Assembly (NCBI GenBank): GCA_030141605.1
Contig: JAQGDQ010000543.1
Coordinates: 82,713-146,712, forward strand
DNA from: Tubiluchus corallicola
Taxonomy: Eukaryota > Animalia > Priapulida
DNA length: 64,000 nucleotides
Reading direction: 5' to 3'
In this document: positions 61,505 through 64,000 of the stretch, piece by piece
Position numbering within the stretch: the stretch's first letter is position 1
How the letters are laid out: each line of letters starts with the position of its first letter
Notes under the pieces: generated by a model
Databases searched by the model: none
What the model was told of the DNA's origin: nothing
What the model saw: only the letters and a program-made list of their open reading frames with translations
Made by a program: the position numbers and the translations under genes

Positions 61505-61916
61505 ACATAGCGTGCTGCGCGGTGCCACATTTAAGCTGCTACTTGACAGTCAAAGAGTTAAACGAAAGAGTTAAACAAGATTGAACGTAACTTAAGAAAG
61601 TTTGAACATCCAAATACCTCAAAACGACGAAGATCGGGTGATTCCAATCCACCCAGGCGCGTGATTCCACCTCCCTTTGTCATGCCACTGTACGACGTCT
61701 TGGTGGTCATTCTCATCGCCATGGTCACCGCTGTAGCCGCTCTGACGCTTGTGTTAATGATTGCGGGACACAGCTCAGTACACCCTAGGCAGAGAGACTG
61801 GCGGGGGCTTCCGACACGATGATGCCTTAAATTCCACGACGGTTGGACGAGATACGGGCCAGGTTCAGGTTACGAAGCCCAGCATATGGCTTCCTTTTAT
61901 AGGCATGCAACACATG
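61505..61916 (+). pseudogene. Exon-like segment encoding a transmembrane helix, disrupted by a 13-bp duplication and an in-frame TGA
   Basis: tttag acceptor, G|gtagga donor; MPLYDVLVVILIAMVTAVAALTLVLMIAG hydrophobic run from ATG 61682; aaagagttaaac duplicated at 61552-61576; TGA at 61820. Confidence 0.4.
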
Positions 61917-61999
61917 GTAGGAGAGAGGGCGCCCCTGTCTTGGAGCTAGAATCCTTTACTTGTGATTATTAAAATATAGATGACTGCTGACACATATGC

Positions 62000-62624
<625 letters not shown>

Positions 62625-62627
62625 GGT

Positions 62628-64000
62628 AAGTCTTAAGATTCAGTCCACTAGAACTAAAACTTCAGTGCACTATTTCTCTCAAAAAGGTCAAACGTTCAAA
62701 GGTCAAAGGTCAACCAAACACTAATATTCAGAATTTCTCAAAGCAGGGAGCAAAAATAGTTCATTTATGAACGAGGATAACGGTTCATTTTTTCATTGTT
62801 TATTTACTTGTTTATTTACTTGTTTATTTACTTATTTATTTACTTGTTTATTTACTTGTTTATTTACTTGTTTATTTACTTGTTTATTTACTTGTTTATT
62901 TACTTGTTTATTTACGCATGTAATTGAGTTTAGCGTAGTCAGTGTAGTTCAAGCGCAAAATTCGAAACTATAAAAAAGGAATGATTTACATTTTTATACA
63001 AAAATGTACGACTAAATGTGCGCGTAATGCGTGATCTGCAACGCGTGATGCGTATTCAGAGGATAGCCATCACGTTCGAGTGAATACGCATCACGCGTTA
63101 CGGATTACGCATTATGTACACATGAAAACACTTCCACGCGTTTAAATATAAACTATTTATACAAAATTATATATATATACAAAATTATTATATATACAAA
63201 ATTCGAAACTATAAAAAAGGAATGATTTACATTTTTATACAAAAATGTACGACTAAATGTGCGCGTAATGCGTGATCTGCAACGCGTGATGCGTATTCAG
63301 AGGATAGCCATCACGTTCGAGTGAATACGCATCACGCGTTACGGATTACGCATTATGTACGCATGGAAACACTTCCAAGCGTTTAAATATAAACTGTTTT
63401 ATACGCATCACGCATTACGCATTACGCATTACGCGTACATGGCGTCGTACATATAGTATGGAGCATTGAAAGAATATAATCAGAGGAAGACCCGACCCAA
63501 TCTTAAACTGCAGGTCAAAACAATCTACTCTTTAAAATATTAAAAGGAAACATAATATTTCTTCAAAAATGACTTACGTGAAAGAATTATTACCACACAA
63601 ACACAATTTCGCGTTCGCGCCACTAGTTCTTCGCTGTCACATGTATTTTGCCAACCCCTAGTTAGACAGGCACCAGCGCCTGCGTCTTGGAAACGCGTTG
63701 TACAAAAAACAGGGTGCCGTACTGCTCAGGTGAGAAGTGTTCGTTCGGTTGTGACGTAGTACACACGTCCGAGAGCTCATGCCTGGACACAGCGGTAAAC
63801 TTGAAATTTGCATTTTAAATTTTAAATATACCGAGTTTTTGTATACACACAAAGTATAGTACAGTAGTGCGTCACGTTTTTGGAATGTTTGTGACGTTTA
63901 TGGAATGTTTGTGGTATTGTAAATTGCGTCATTCATGATGTCATCACTAGTTGGGCTCGACCGCCAATAATTAAGTTTTTAAGCTATTAAGTAATTATCA
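62628..64000 (+). repeat. Recent duplicate of 55262-56635 (runs off the window)
   Basis: Near-identical sequence from AAGTCTTAAGATTCAGTCC onward; identical ORF translations at 55401/62767 and 56293/63658. Confidence 0.95.

Overview
AT-rich, repeat-dense genomic DNA from an invertebrate animal with spliceosomal introns; the FoxH gene, 5S sequence type and TTAGGG-like repeats suggest a spiralian, but this is inference. Well-supported genes: the last three coding exons of COX11 (+), a complete 5-coding-exon SLC16/MCT-family transporter (-, 444 aa), an intronless DCAF13/SOF1 CDS (+, 442 aa, head-to-head with the SLC16 gene), a 3-coding-exon FoxH1-type forkhead gene (-, about 292 aa, EH1 motif, no visible vertebrate Smad-interaction motifs) and the terminal exon of an RNF26-like RING-HC ligase (+). 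Between them lie TTAA-bounded MITE families (Kolobok-like and piggyBac-like), a hAT MITE, a foldback element, tRNA- and 5S-derived SINEs, RTE, CR1/L2 and Penelope remnants, many mini- and microsatellites, an interstitial telomere-like array and a recent duplication of at least 1.37 kb. The most notable features missed by the ORF track are a Penelope GIY-YIG relic with a hammerhead-like motif, a 5S-headed structured element, an inverted copy of a COX11 splice acceptor inside a later COX11 intron, two cryptic or decayed genes (one CUB-like with a GPI-type tail; one CaaX-ending ORF split by a satellite), and tandem arrays carrying transcription-factor-like motifs (FoxH1, octamer/AP-1/TCF, CTCF). 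No clearly new multi-gene system could be established from the sequence alone. All coordinates were counted by hand and no searches were run.
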